From contig ONVK01000005.1 of assembly GCA_900321255.1 (NCBI GenBank), positions 41 to 64,040 of the forward strand: a stretch of 64,000 bases of DNA, given 5' to 3'. Within the stretch, counting starts at the first letter, position 1. Each line of letters opens with the position of its first letter. The DNA is from an uncultured Lentisphaerota bacterium (GTDB lineage Bacteria > Verrucomicrobiota > Kiritimatiellia > RFP12 > UBA1067). Position numbers and translations under genes: made by a program. The notes beneath the pieces are model-generated. The model ran no database searches and had not been told where the DNA came from. It saw only the letters and a program-made list of their open reading frames with translations. Positions 43,912 through 51,982 of this stretch are shown one piece after another.

Positions 43912-46900
43912 TTATTTTACAATGCGGTAGATGTGCCGCGAAAAGCCGTCGAAGGAATCGCCGAAGATGCCGTTCTTCGCCTGAAGCGAGCGGTTCTCGT
44001 ACATGACCTCGACCTTCGCGTCCGCCTGGATCTCCGGCGGAAGCCGAAAGCCGACGAGCTTGTTGGGATGCGGGTTGACGTTGGCGGTGTAGATGCGCCA
44101 CTCGTCGCCGTGCCTGCGCGTGAGGCAGCGGATGTAGTTCTCCGTCTCGCTCGAGATCGCGCCGCCGCAGAGCTCGTCCGAGCAGAGGAAGTCGACGTTG
44201 TCGAGAATCTCGCGGTTGACGTCCACAAGCGCGTCGTAGCAGCAGCGCGAAGTCGGCATGTTGACGAACCAGCTGAGTCCCGACGCGCCGGCCGCGATCG
44301 AGCCCCAGCACTGCGCAATCTGCTCCTTGTAGGACGGGATGCGCGGATGCAGCGAGTTCTCGCTCTCCATGAAGTACCAGCAGGGCTTGCCTGGCGCGAT
44401 GGAGCGGAGGACGTCGACCTTTGAGACGACCATGTCGAGCGTCGTGCCGTCGCAGGTGAGGTAGTAGTCGACCATCAGGATGTCCGTCGGCAGCCCCGCG
44501 AAGCGCCCCGAGATGCCCATCCAGCAGTTGTTCATCTGTACGGGGTTGTAGGGGAAGAGCTTCTTCGTGCGCTCCATGAACGCCCTGCACTCGTCCGCCT
44601 TGCGGTATTCCGGCTCGTCGAGGACAAGCCAGTTGATGACGTTCTCGCTGTCGAGCATCCTGTACATCTTCTCGCGGGACCAGTCCGTCGCCGAGTTGTC
44701 CTCCCACCTCCTGATCTCGCCGACGTCGTCGAGGGTCTGTCCCTCGCCCGTCCAGACCGTGAACTTAAGGCCCTTCTTCGCCGCGTAGGCGAGCGTCTTC
44801 TGGTTCATCTCGATGTCGCGGACGTTCAGGTTGTTCTGGAGGTTAAGGTACTTGAACCCCGCGTCGCATATGATGTCGACCTGCTTCGACGTGCCGTCCT
44901 CCTGCGGCGCGTTCTCGCGTCCGATGAGGCACGGCGAGCTCATGAACACCTTCTCCCCGTCGTGGACGAGCGTGCGCGACCACTGGTTAATCTGCGTCGC
45001 GCCCTTTTTGAACGGAAGCTTGCGCACCTCGCTTTTCCACTCCTTCCCGAGCGCCTTTACCGTGACGGCGTTTGTCCCGTTCGCCATCTTCGAAATGTCG
45101 ACCGACACCTCCTCGAAGCCTCCGTTCGCGTCCCACACGCGGAAGCCCGCCGTCTTCTCGTTCATGTAGAAGTCGTAGTGCCCGAGGACGAGCCCCTCCG
45201 CCGGGACCGTGTAGCCGCAGAGCGCGTTCTCCGCCGCGGTGTAGGGGGTCTTCCGCTCGGGCCTCGCGTGGGGAGTGGGCTTCCCGAGCGTGAAGTTCGC
45301 CGCGTCGCCGGATTTCGGCTTGTACTCAGTCGCGTATGTCTTCGCGCTGTCGAACCCTCCCTCCGGCGCGTCGACCATCTCGAGCTGGAGGTCGTCAAGC
45401 CAGATCGACGCCTCGGTCGTGCGCTGGTGGAGATCCGGCACGTCGAACCAGACGGGGCTGAAGATTCCTGGGGATGGCATGTTCGTCGTCGTTATCTCGT
45501 AGCGCGTCCACTCCGTCTTAAGGTCCACGATCTTCGCATCCTTCGACAGCTTCAGCTTGAACTTGACGCCGGGTTCGGACGCCTTGGCCCACACGGAGAG
45601 GACCGCGCTCCTGCCCTTCTGGGTCGGGGTGTTCCAGGTGAAGAAGTCGAAGCTGCGGACGAACGGCCCGATGTTGAGCCGGAGCGACTGCTTGCCGGAG
45701 TGCCGCTCCTTGCGGTCGACCATAAAGCACCTAAGGTACTTCTCCTTGTAGTCCTCGACAGACACCTTGTCCATCGCGCAGAAGTTGCGGTTGCAGTAGT
45801 GCGGCGGCACCCCGTCGCTGTCGTATTCGAAGCCGGAGTTCGCGATGAGGTTCGGACTGTCGTCGCCCTGCAGCGCGTATATCGTGACGCGGCGAACCTC
45901 GAAAGGACACTGGAAGTTGTCGATGACGAGCGGATTCGACCTCGCCACTCCGTCGAAGCCGACCTTCTTCTTCGGCGTCGGTGCGGTGAAGTAGTTTGCC
46001 TGGACGCCGTTGATGAGGAACGTGTAGCCCATCATCTTGTCGCCGATCCTGCGGCGTTCGAAGCGGACCGTCACCGGCTCGCCCTCCTTGAAGTTTGCGA
46101 TCCACGGATAGCAGCTGCGCGTTGCCTGGCCTTCCGCCGGCGCGTAGAGACTCACGCCGTATCCGTCGCTCCTGACGCCGTAGTTGCCGTAGTCGCAGCC
46201 CATAGACGCCCAGTGGTAGTCGCCGTCCTTCGGATCCTTGATCTTGCTCCACTCCGGATAGCACACGAAATCGGCCTCGACCGCGCACTCGTCGGGAAGC
46301 TCGCCCTTCCACTGGATGCCGTCGCCCGTGTTGCCGCTCGGCACGCGCACCGCGCCGTCCTTCACCTCGATCTCCTTCTGCGCGTGCCCGCGGAAGTCCC
46401 ACCGCTCCGCGAAGACCTTGGGGTTCGTGAAGTCGTCCTCGAAAACCGGCACCGAGAAGTCGATCCCCTCCTTCCCCTTGACCTTGGCCTTCGCCTTGTC
46501 CTTCTTCTCGGCCTTCGGGCCGGCCGTCAGCGGGACATCCGTGGCGCTCGCGTAGAACTTCTTCGCGACCTTCTCGTAGAGCCCCGCGACTCCGCCCTTC
46601 ACCACGGGCACGAACTCGGCGACCTGCTTGCCGTCCCTGTAGAACGACGCGCCGTAGAGCGACATGTCGTAGCAGGCATATGACTTGGGCGTCCCGTCCG
46701 CGCACGTCATGCCGAAGAACGAGACCGGCACCTTTCCGGTCGCCGTGCGCTCGCCTTCGAGCTTCATGCGGAAACTTCCCCACGAGACGTTCCGTCCGTC
46801 GTAGACGATAGCGATGCGCGAGCCGATTACTGCGTCGTTGACCTCCTGGAGTCCGCAGTGGATCCACCTGTCCCGGCTCTTGCGCCCGAGGCTCACGAAC

Positions 46901-47217
46901 GTCTGGTACGCCTGCGCCTCGTGTCCGCCGAGGGCCAGGTTGTAGAGATTGCGGAACCCTTCGGAATCCTCGGCGTCCTCCTGTCCGAAGAACGCCGTCG
47001 TCTGCTTCGCTTGGTCGAACTTTCCGCCGAATATCTGGTTGAACGGACCCTCGAACATCAGTTCGATCCTGAACGTGAGCCCGCTCTCCGGAAGCAAGTC
47101 GGTCTTGACGACGCTGCCGTGGGAGGATTTCACATACTCGACTTCGTAGTCGTACGGAGCCGCGGTCACGACGGTCATCGAAGCGGCGAACAGGGCAAAT
47201 GCTATTTGTGGTTTCAT
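43912..47217 (-). CDS. Secreted multidomain putative glycoside hydrolase, paralog of 8707-11472, with extra N-terminal lectin/DUF1080-like modules
   Basis: 1101 aa, starting MKPQIAFALFAASMTVVTAAP. NLIANSGFEYDSDGVPPHY...HSGKQSLRL is CBM4_9-like. The C-terminal catalytic-like domain with LDEPEY is collinear with 8707-11472. The tracked 1663-aa ORF extends artefactually, antisense through the kinase gene. Confidence 0.65.
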   Translation of the reverse strand: MKPQIAFALFAASMTVVTAAPYDYEVEYVKSSHGSVVKTDLLPESGLTFRIELMFEGPFNQIFGGKFDQAKQTTAFFGQEDAEDSEGFRNLYNLALGGHEAQAYQTFVSLGRKSRDRWIHCGLQEVNDAVIGSRIAIVYDGRNVSWGSFRMKLEGERTATGKVPVSFFGMTCADGTPKSYACYDMSLYGASFYRDGKQVAEFVPVVKGGVAGLYEKVAKKFYASATDVPLTAGPKAEKKDKAKAKVKGKEGIDFSVPVFEDDFTNPKVFAERWDFRGHAQKEIEVKDGAVRVPSGNTGDGIQWKGELPDECAVEADFVCYPEWSKIKDPKDGDYHWASMGCDYGNYGVRSDGYGVSLYAPAEGQATRSCYPWIANFKEGEPVTVRFERRRIGDKMMGYTFLINGVQANYFTAPTPKKKVGFDGVARSNPLVIDNFQCPFEVRRVTIYALQGDDSPNLIANSGFEYDSDGVPPHYCNRNFCAMDKVSVEDYKEKYLRCFMVDRKERHSGKQSLRLNIGPFVRSFDFFTWNTPTQKGRSAVLSVWAKASEPGVKFKLKLSKDAKIVDLKTEWTRYEITTTNMPSPGIFSPVWFDVPDLHQRTTEASIWLDDLQLEMVDAPEGGFDSAKTYATEYKPKSGDAANFTLGKPTPHARPERKTPYTAAENALCGYTVPAEGLVLGHYDFYMNEKTAGFRVWDANGGFEEVSVDISKMANGTNAVTVKALGKEWKSEVRKLPFKKGATQINQWSRTLVHDGEKVFMSSPCLIGRENAPQEDGTSKQVDIICDAGFKYLNLQNNLNVRDIEMNQKTLAYAAKKGLKFTVWTGEGQTLDDVGEIRRWEDNSATDWSREKMYRMLDSENVINWLVLDEPEYRKADECRAFMERTKKLFPYNPVQMNNCWMGISGRFAGLPTDILMVDYYLTCDGTTLDMVVSKVDVLRSIAPGKPCWYFMESENSLHPRIPSYKEQIAQCWGSIAAGASGLSWFVNMPTSRCCYDALVDVNREILDNVDFLCSDELCGGAISSETENYIRCLTRRHGDEWRIYTANVNPHPNKLVGFRLPPEIQADAKVEVMYENRSLQAKNGIFGDSFDGFSRHIYRIVK

Positions 47218-47224
47218 GTCTCTA

Positions 47225-47269
47225 ATTATAAATGAACGGTAACTTCCCGTCAAATACCCGACTGGGTAT
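47225..47269 (-). promoter_or_regulatory. Operator + promoter of 43912-47217, in the divergent region shared with the histidine kinase
   Basis: The minus strand reads CATACCCAGTCGGGTAT-TTGACG-17 nt-TATAAT. Only 7 nt separate the -10 from the ATG, so a leaderless transcript is predicted. Confidence 0.6.
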
Positions 47270-47288
47270 GGGGAAAGCAATTTCCCGA

Positions 47289-47317
47289 TTGCCGAATTTC
47301 GCCAAATTCTGTAAAAT
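47289..47317 (+). promoter_or_regulatory. Sigma70-like promoter of the histidine kinase / response regulator operon
   Basis: TTGCCG-17 nt-TAAAAT, with 9 nt to the ATG at 47327. The -35 lies 20 bp from the palindrome at 47254-47269. Confidence 0.45.
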
Positions 47318-47326
47318 ATACGGTGA

Positions 47327-49099
47327 ATGCTGGGATGTATCTCCATTTTGCTACTGTCCGCCACGCTTGTTGACGCAAGGCAGGTCGCCTCTGGCGACTT
47401 CATCGGGCAGCGCGTCTCCATCCGCGGCGTGGTCTCCGCGGCGGTACGCGACGACATAGACGACGGCTTCAACTGGGTTCTGCTAAAAACGCCCGAGGGG
47501 ACCGTCTGCGCGTCAACCGACAACAGGGTCCACTCGCTGGAGGAGCTCCTCCCCCTTCTCGACGCGGATGTCGAGTTGACCGGCACCGTACAGCGCTTCA
47601 CCCACTGGCGCAAGTTCCTCGGCTGCCAGATGCTTTTCGACAATGTCGCAGAAGGCGACAGCATCAAGGTCATAACGCCCGCTTCCGAAGACCCGTTTTC
47701 CGCGCAGCCCCTGACGAACGCCTCGTGCCCACACCGCCAGACGACGACAGGCACCGTGGTCGCCATGACCGGAGAATGCTTCTTCCTGCGCCATGACGAG
47801 GGGCTCCTCCGCGTGCGTCCCGTCGATCCCGACGACGTCCCGCACCTCGGCGGGCTCGTTACTGTCAGCGGCTTCATCGAGCAGAACCAGTTCATTCCGC
47901 TGATGACCGGCGCGCTCTGGCGCACCGAGCCGGCAAAGCCCGCTCGCCCCGAATCGGCTACGGACATCACCGCGGACGACCTCTTCAGGACCGACCCGCG
48001 CTCGCACTCGGGCGGCAGCTTCCACCGGTACGTCAACATGGACATCAGCGGGAAGACGGTCCGCCTCGCCGGGCGCGTCGAATACGCCGCGCGCGAGGCG
48101 CGCGGACCGGCGGGCTTCCGCATCGACTGCAGCGGCGAATCGGTTTTCGTCGACCTCTCCGGCTTCGCGCCCGAGACCGTCTCCGCGCCGAGACAAGGCG
48201 CCGTAGTTTCTGTCACAGGCCTCTGCCTCGCCGACTTCGACACGAGCGGCAGCGCCATATTCCCTCGATTTCTCGGTCTCACCATCATTCCGCGCACACC
48301 GGAAGACCTGCAGATAATCCGTCGCGCCCCCTTCTGGACGATCGCGCGGCTTGCCTTGATGCTCGCGCTCGCCGTTCTCGTGGCAGTCGGCTTCGCCGTG
48401 TGGTCAGCGGCGCTGAAGGTAGTCTCGACGCGGCGCGGCAGGGAACTCGCGCGCGAACAGATTCGCGGAGCGCGCGCGGAGCTGAAGGTCGAGGAGCGGA
48501 CCCGGCTTGCGGTCGAGCTGCACGACTCAATCTCCCAGGTGCTTACCGGCGTGGCCCTCCAGATCGACGCCGCGTCCGGAGCGGACGGAAAAGGCGCCAA
48601 GAAGTTCCTCTCGACCGCGCGCAACATGCTCGCGTCCTGCCGCGAGGAGCTTAACGGGTGCCTCTGGGATCTCCGCAGCCGCACCTTCGAGGAGAAGGAC
48701 ATGACGGAGGCCGTGCAGCGCACGCTCGCCCCGCATGTCGGCTCGGCGAAGCTCGCGGTGCGCTTCAACGTGCCGCGCGAAATGATCTCGGAAGCGACTG
48801 CGCACGCCGTCCTGAGAATCGTCCGGGAGCTCGGCACGAACGCCGTCAAGCACGGGCACGCGAAGAACATAAAGATCGCCGGCGAATTCCACAGCGACAC
48901 CATATCGTTCTCGGTGCTCGACGACGGATGCGGCTTCGATCCCGCCGAAGCGCCGGGACCGGCCCAGGGCCACTTCGGGCTTCAGGGCGTCCGCGAACGC
49001 CTCAACGCCTTCAACGGCACGATACGCTGCGACAGCGAGCCTGGCTGCGGAGCGAAGTTCACGGTCGTTCTGCACACCTCGCCATCGGAGGAGAAATGA
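47327..49099 (+). CDS. NarX/DegS-class sensor histidine kinase (HisKA_3 + HATPase_c) with a large periplasmic domain
   Basis: 590 aa with a signal/TM segment and a second TM (LALMLALAVLVAVGFAVWSAAL). The H-box is RLAVELHDSISQVL, followed by N and G boxes (RELGTNAVKHG, DDGCGFD, GLQGVRERL). The roughly 330-aa periplasmic part looks like three beta-barrel (OB-like) repeats. Confidence 0.88.
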   Translation: MLGCISILLLSATLVDARQVASGDFIGQRVSIRGVVSAAVRDDIDDGFNWVLLKTPEGTVCASTDNRVHSLEELLPLLDADVELTGTVQRFTHWRKFLGCQMLFDNVAEGDSIKVITPASEDPFSAQPLTNASCPHRQTTTGTVVAMTGECFFLRHDEGLLRVRPVDPDDVPHLGGLVTVSGFIEQNQFIPLMTGALWRTEPAKPARPESATDITADDLFRTDPRSHSGGSFHRYVNMDISGKTVRLAGRVEYAAREARGPAGFRIDCSGESVFVDLSGFAPETVSAPRQGAVVSVTGLCLADFDTSGSAIFPRFLGLTIIPRTPEDLQIIRRAPFWTIARLALMLALAVLVAVGFAVWSAALKVVSTRRGRELAREQIRGARAELKVEERTRLAVELHDSISQVLTGVALQIDAASGADGKGAKKFLSTARNMLASCREELNGCLWDLRSRTFEEKDMTEAVQRTLAPHVGSAKLAVRFNVPREMISEATAHAVLRIVRELGTNAVKHGHAKNIKIAGEFHSDTISFSVLDDGCGFDPAEAPGPAQGHFGLQGVRERLNAFNGTIRCDSEPGCGAKFTVVLHTSPSEEK

Positions 49100-49728
49100 A
49101 AAAACCGGAAAAGAAGACAAAGGTACTCCTCGCAGACGACCATCTCGTCGTACGGATGGGACTTTCGGCCATCATCTCGCTGGAGAAGGACATGACCGTC
49201 GTCGCGGAGGCGGAGAACGGCGAAGACGCCGTGCGTCTCGCCGCCGAGAAGAAACCGGACGTGGTGGTCATGGATCTCATGATGCCAAAGCTCGACGGCG
49301 CGAAGGCGACGGCGGAGATTCTCGCCGCCAACCCGGAGGCGAAGGTGATAATCCTCACGACGTTCGGCGGCTCCATCGACGTGAAGCGCGCACTTGACGC
49401 GGGCGCACGCAGCGCGCTCATCAAGGCGACGTCACAGCGCGATCTCATCGCGGCGATCCGCCGCACGGCCGCCGGGGAGTCGGTCATCTGCTCCGAAATC
49501 AGCAACACGCTCGAGTCGGACGCCGACTCCGTCGACCTTTCGGAACGCCAGATCGAGATTCTCTCCTATGTCGCGAAAGGCCTCAACAACCGCGAAATCG
49601 CCGAAGTGATGCATGTCGGGCGCGACTGCATCAAGGCCCATCTCAAGACTATATTCGCGAAGCTCGGCGTAGCCTCGCGCTCCGAGGCCGCCGCACTCGC
49701 CGTCAACCGCAGCATGGTCAAGGTCTGA
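49096..49728 (+). CDS. NarL/FixJ-family response regulator (REC + LuxR-type HTH)
   Basis: 210 aa: VLLADDHLVVRMGL...VVVMDLMMPKLDG...LTTF (REC) and LSERQIEILSYVAKGLNNREIAEVMHVGRDCIKAHLKTIFAKLGV (GerE/LuxR HTH). It has an ATGA overlap with the kinase stop. Confidence 0.92.
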   Translation: MKKPEKKTKVLLADDHLVVRMGLSAIISLEKDMTVVAEAENGEDAVRLAAEKKPDVVVMDLMMPKLDGAKATAEILAANPEAKVIILTTFGGSIDVKRALDAGARSALIKATSQRDLIAAIRRTAAGESVICSEISNTLESDADSVDLSERQIEILSYVAKGLNNREIAEVMHVGRDCIKAHLKTIFAKLGVASRSEAAALAVNRSMVKV

Positions 49729-49767
49729 CGGCCGCGGCAGCGGAAGACTTACATTCCGCCGCGGCCG
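49729..49767. terminator. Perfect 10-bp GC inverted repeat at the convergent junction of the response regulator and secY
   Basis: CGGCCGCGGC-19 nt-GCCGCGGCCG. The second arm lies inside the last codons of secY, and there is no U-tract on either side. Confidence 0.3.
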
Positions 49768-51155
49768 CGAAGCGAGCCGTGCGAGAGGAAGCCCTCGTAC
49801 TTGCGGACGAGGAGATGCGACTCCATGATGCGGAGCGTATCGAGCGCAACGCCCACGATGATGAGGAGCGACGTGCCGCCGAAGAACGAGGCGATCGCCC
49901 ACGGAATCGACATCCAGCCCATGAGGACGAGAGGGATCAGGGCCACGACGAGCAGCCCCGTGCCGCCGATGAGCGTGATCTTCGTCATCAGGTCGTCGAG
50001 GTACTCGGCCGTAGCGCGGCCCGGGCGGATGCCGGGAACGTAGCTGCCGTCCTTCTTGAGGTTGTCGGAGATGTCGACGGCGTTGAACTGGGTCGCGACC
50101 CAGAAGAACGCGAAGAACATGATGAGCGCCGCGTAGATGACGAGATAGAGGATCGACGGCTTGGAGGGGTTGGAGAGCCCCTGCGCGAAGGCGTTGAGCT
50201 TGCCGGAGATGCCGCCCGCGGTCGGATCGGTGAGCTTGACGAGAATCGCGGCCGGGATCTGGATGAGCGGCTGCGCAAAGATGATCGGCATGACGCCCGT
50301 GTAGTTGACCCTGAGAGGCATGAACGTCTGCTGCATGCCGTAGGTGCTCCCGCCTCCGACGGAACGGCGGGTCGTGTGGATGGCGACCTTCCTGACGCCC
50401 TGGGTGAGCATCACCGTGCCCATCACGACGAGCAGGAAGAAGATCACGAGGATCGGGAGCTCGGCGATCGGGGCGTTAGCCCTGACGCCGCCGAGGCCGA
50501 AGTAGCGCGCCCACGCGTCGATTAGCGCCTGCGGGAGACGCGACGTGATGTTGATCATGATGATGAGCGACGCGCCGTTGCCGATGCCGAAGGTCGTGAT
50601 CTGGTCGGCGAGCCACATGACGAAGAGCGAGGCCGTGGTCATGCCGATCACCGTCATCAGATGGAAGCCGATGCCGGGGTTCGCGACGATTTCGGTGCCC
50701 GCAAACGCCGGGCCGAGCATGCCGGGGTGGCTGAGGACCGTCGCGATGCCCCATGACTGCACAACGCAGAGCACGATAGTGAGGTAGCGCGTGATCTGGG
50801 CAAGCTGCTGGCGACCCGACTCGCCTTCCTTCTTCATCTTCTCAAGCGCCGGGATCACCGAGCCGAGCAGCTGGATGACGATCTGCGCCGAGATGTAGGG
50901 CCAGATCGAGAGGAAGCCGATCGCGCACTGCCCGAGCGCGCCGCCGGTGAACACCTCGAACCAGTCGAGCATGCCGCCGCCCGCGCTGTTCGCCTTGAAG
51001 TCGGCGATGATGCGCTGAAGCGCCTGCCAGTCGACGCCAGGCGTCGGTATCTGCGAAACAAGACGGCACACGAACACGAGGCCGAGCGTAATCAAGATTT
51101 TCTTCCGAAGCTCCGGGATGCGGAATGCGTTCGAAAATCCCTTCATCATCGCCAT
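49749..51155 (-). CDS. secY: Preprotein translocase subunit SecY
   Basis: 468 aa starting ELRKKILITLGLVFVCRL, with multiple TM segments and the typical SecY C-terminus. Confidence 0.95.
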   Translation of the reverse strand: MAMMKGFSNAFRIPELRKKILITLGLVFVCRLVSQIPTPGVDWQALQRIIADFKANSAGGGMLDWFEVFTGGALGQCAIGFLSIWPYISAQIVIQLLGSVIPALEKMKKEGESGRQQLAQITRYLTIVLCVVQSWGIATVLSHPGMLGPAFAGTEIVANPGIGFHLMTVIGMTTASLFVMWLADQITTFGIGNGASLIIMINITSRLPQALIDAWARYFGLGGVRANAPIAELPILVIFFLLVVMGTVMLTQGVRKVAIHTTRRSVGGGSTYGMQQTFMPLRVNYTGVMPIIFAQPLIQIPAAILVKLTDPTAGGISGKLNAFAQGLSNPSKPSILYLVIYAALIMFFAFFWVATQFNAVDISDNLKKDGSYVPGIRPGRATAEYLDDLMTKITLIGGTGLLVVALIPLVLMGWMSIPWAIASFFGGTSLLIIVGVALDTLRIMESHLLVRKYEGFLSHGSLRGRGGM

Positions 51156-51197
51156 TTTTTATCTCTCTTTCCTTCTACGTTGCGAAAACTTTTGTAT

Positions 51198-51227
51198 ATT
51201 ATATCAAAAATCAGCCGCCCCTTTCAA
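51198..51227 (-). promoter_or_regulatory. Sigma70-like promoter for secY
   Basis: The minus strand reads TTGAAA-18 nt-TATAAT with TGA extended -10. It overlaps the smpB 3' end. Confidence 0.5.
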
Positions 51228-51663
51228 GGTCACGCCTGAGGGCCTTCTTCTTGAGGGCGTCGCGCTTGTCGTGGAGCTGCTTGCCGCGGCACACGCCGAG
51301 GTCAACCTTTATGCGCCCGTTTTTGAGGAAAACCCTGAGGGGAATGAGCGTCAGCCCCTTCGCCTCGGTCTTGAGCTGGAGGTCGCGCACTTCCTTCGCG
51401 TGGACGAGGAGCTTTCGCATCGACTTCGGCTCGTGGTTGAAGCGGTTGCCGAACTTGTAGGCAGCGATGTCCGCCCCGACGAGCCAAAGCTCGCCCTTCA
51501 GGACGGCGCCGTAGCTCCCCGAGAGCGACACCTCGCCGTGGCGCACGCTCTTGACCTCGGTGCCCGTAAGCACTATACCGCACTCGATCGTCTCGAGCAC
51601 GGTATAGTCATGTCTCGCCTTCCTGTTCTCGGCGAAGACCGGATTGAACTTCTTGTCGGCCAC
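51211..51663 (-). CDS. smpB: SsrA-binding protein SmpB (GTG start)
   Basis: 150 aa: NRKARHDYTVLETIECGIVLTGTEVKSVR...GRIKVDLGVCRGKQLHDKR, the canonical SmpB pattern. Confidence 0.93.
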   Translation of the reverse strand: MADKKFNPVFAENRKARHDYTVLETIECGIVLTGTEVKSVRHGEVSLSGSYGAVLKGELWLVGADIAAYKFGNRFNHEPKSMRKLLVHAKEVRDLQLKTEAKGLTLIPLRVFLKNGRIKVDLGVCRGKQLHDKRDALKKKALRRDLERGG

Positions 51664-51942
51664 TTAGTCCGAGTAGAGCGAATTCACGTTGACGTGCTTC
51701 TGGTTCCACTTCGTCTTCGCGTCCTCGGCCTTGGCAATGGCGTCGAAGTCGATTTCAGCGATTAGTTTGCCTTCGGCGACCTCTCGGAGCGCGATGTCGC
51801 ACTTGTCCTCGTCGAGCGACTGGGGCTTCACGAGCGGCTTCGCGCCGTTGATGAGCTCGCGCTCGCGCTTGGAAATGAGGTTCACAAGCACGGGAACGGA
51901 AGGTATCTTCTCGTGGGCCTTCTTCAAAAGTTCGTTGTTCAT
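51664..51942 (-). CDS. rpoZ: DNA-directed RNA polymerase subunit omega
   Basis: 92 aa. IPSVPVLVNLISKRERELINGAKPLV...DIALREVAEGKL fits the RpoZ pattern. Confidence 0.75.
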   Translation of the reverse strand: MNNELLKKAHEKIPSVPVLVNLISKRERELINGAKPLVKPQSLDEDKCDIALREVAEGKLIAEIDFDAIAKAEDAKTKWNQKHVNVNSLYSD

Positions 51943-51982
51943 CTCTGTCTTCTCTCCAGTTGGAAGCGCGTATTATATCAAA

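Noticed and set aside
13082-46683. Many very long plus-strand ORFs (e.g. 13082-14635, 14364-16637, 21581-23764, 34847-38158, 38237-40648, 43030-44424, 44962-46683) lying opposite the giant minus-strand genes.
   Set aside because: Their translations are Arg/Ala/Gly/Asp-rich low-complexity sequence with no recognisable motifs. They mirror well-supported minus-strand genes and are typical antisense shadow ORFs of high-G+C DNA, where stop codons are depleted.
47218-48903. The tracked 1663-aa minus-strand ORF 43912-48903 extends antisense through the histidine kinase gene.
   Set aside because: The upstream 560 aa are Ser/Arg/Ala-rich nonsense opposite a clearly real kinase. A signal-peptide-bearing Met at 47217 with its own promoter and operator marks the true start.
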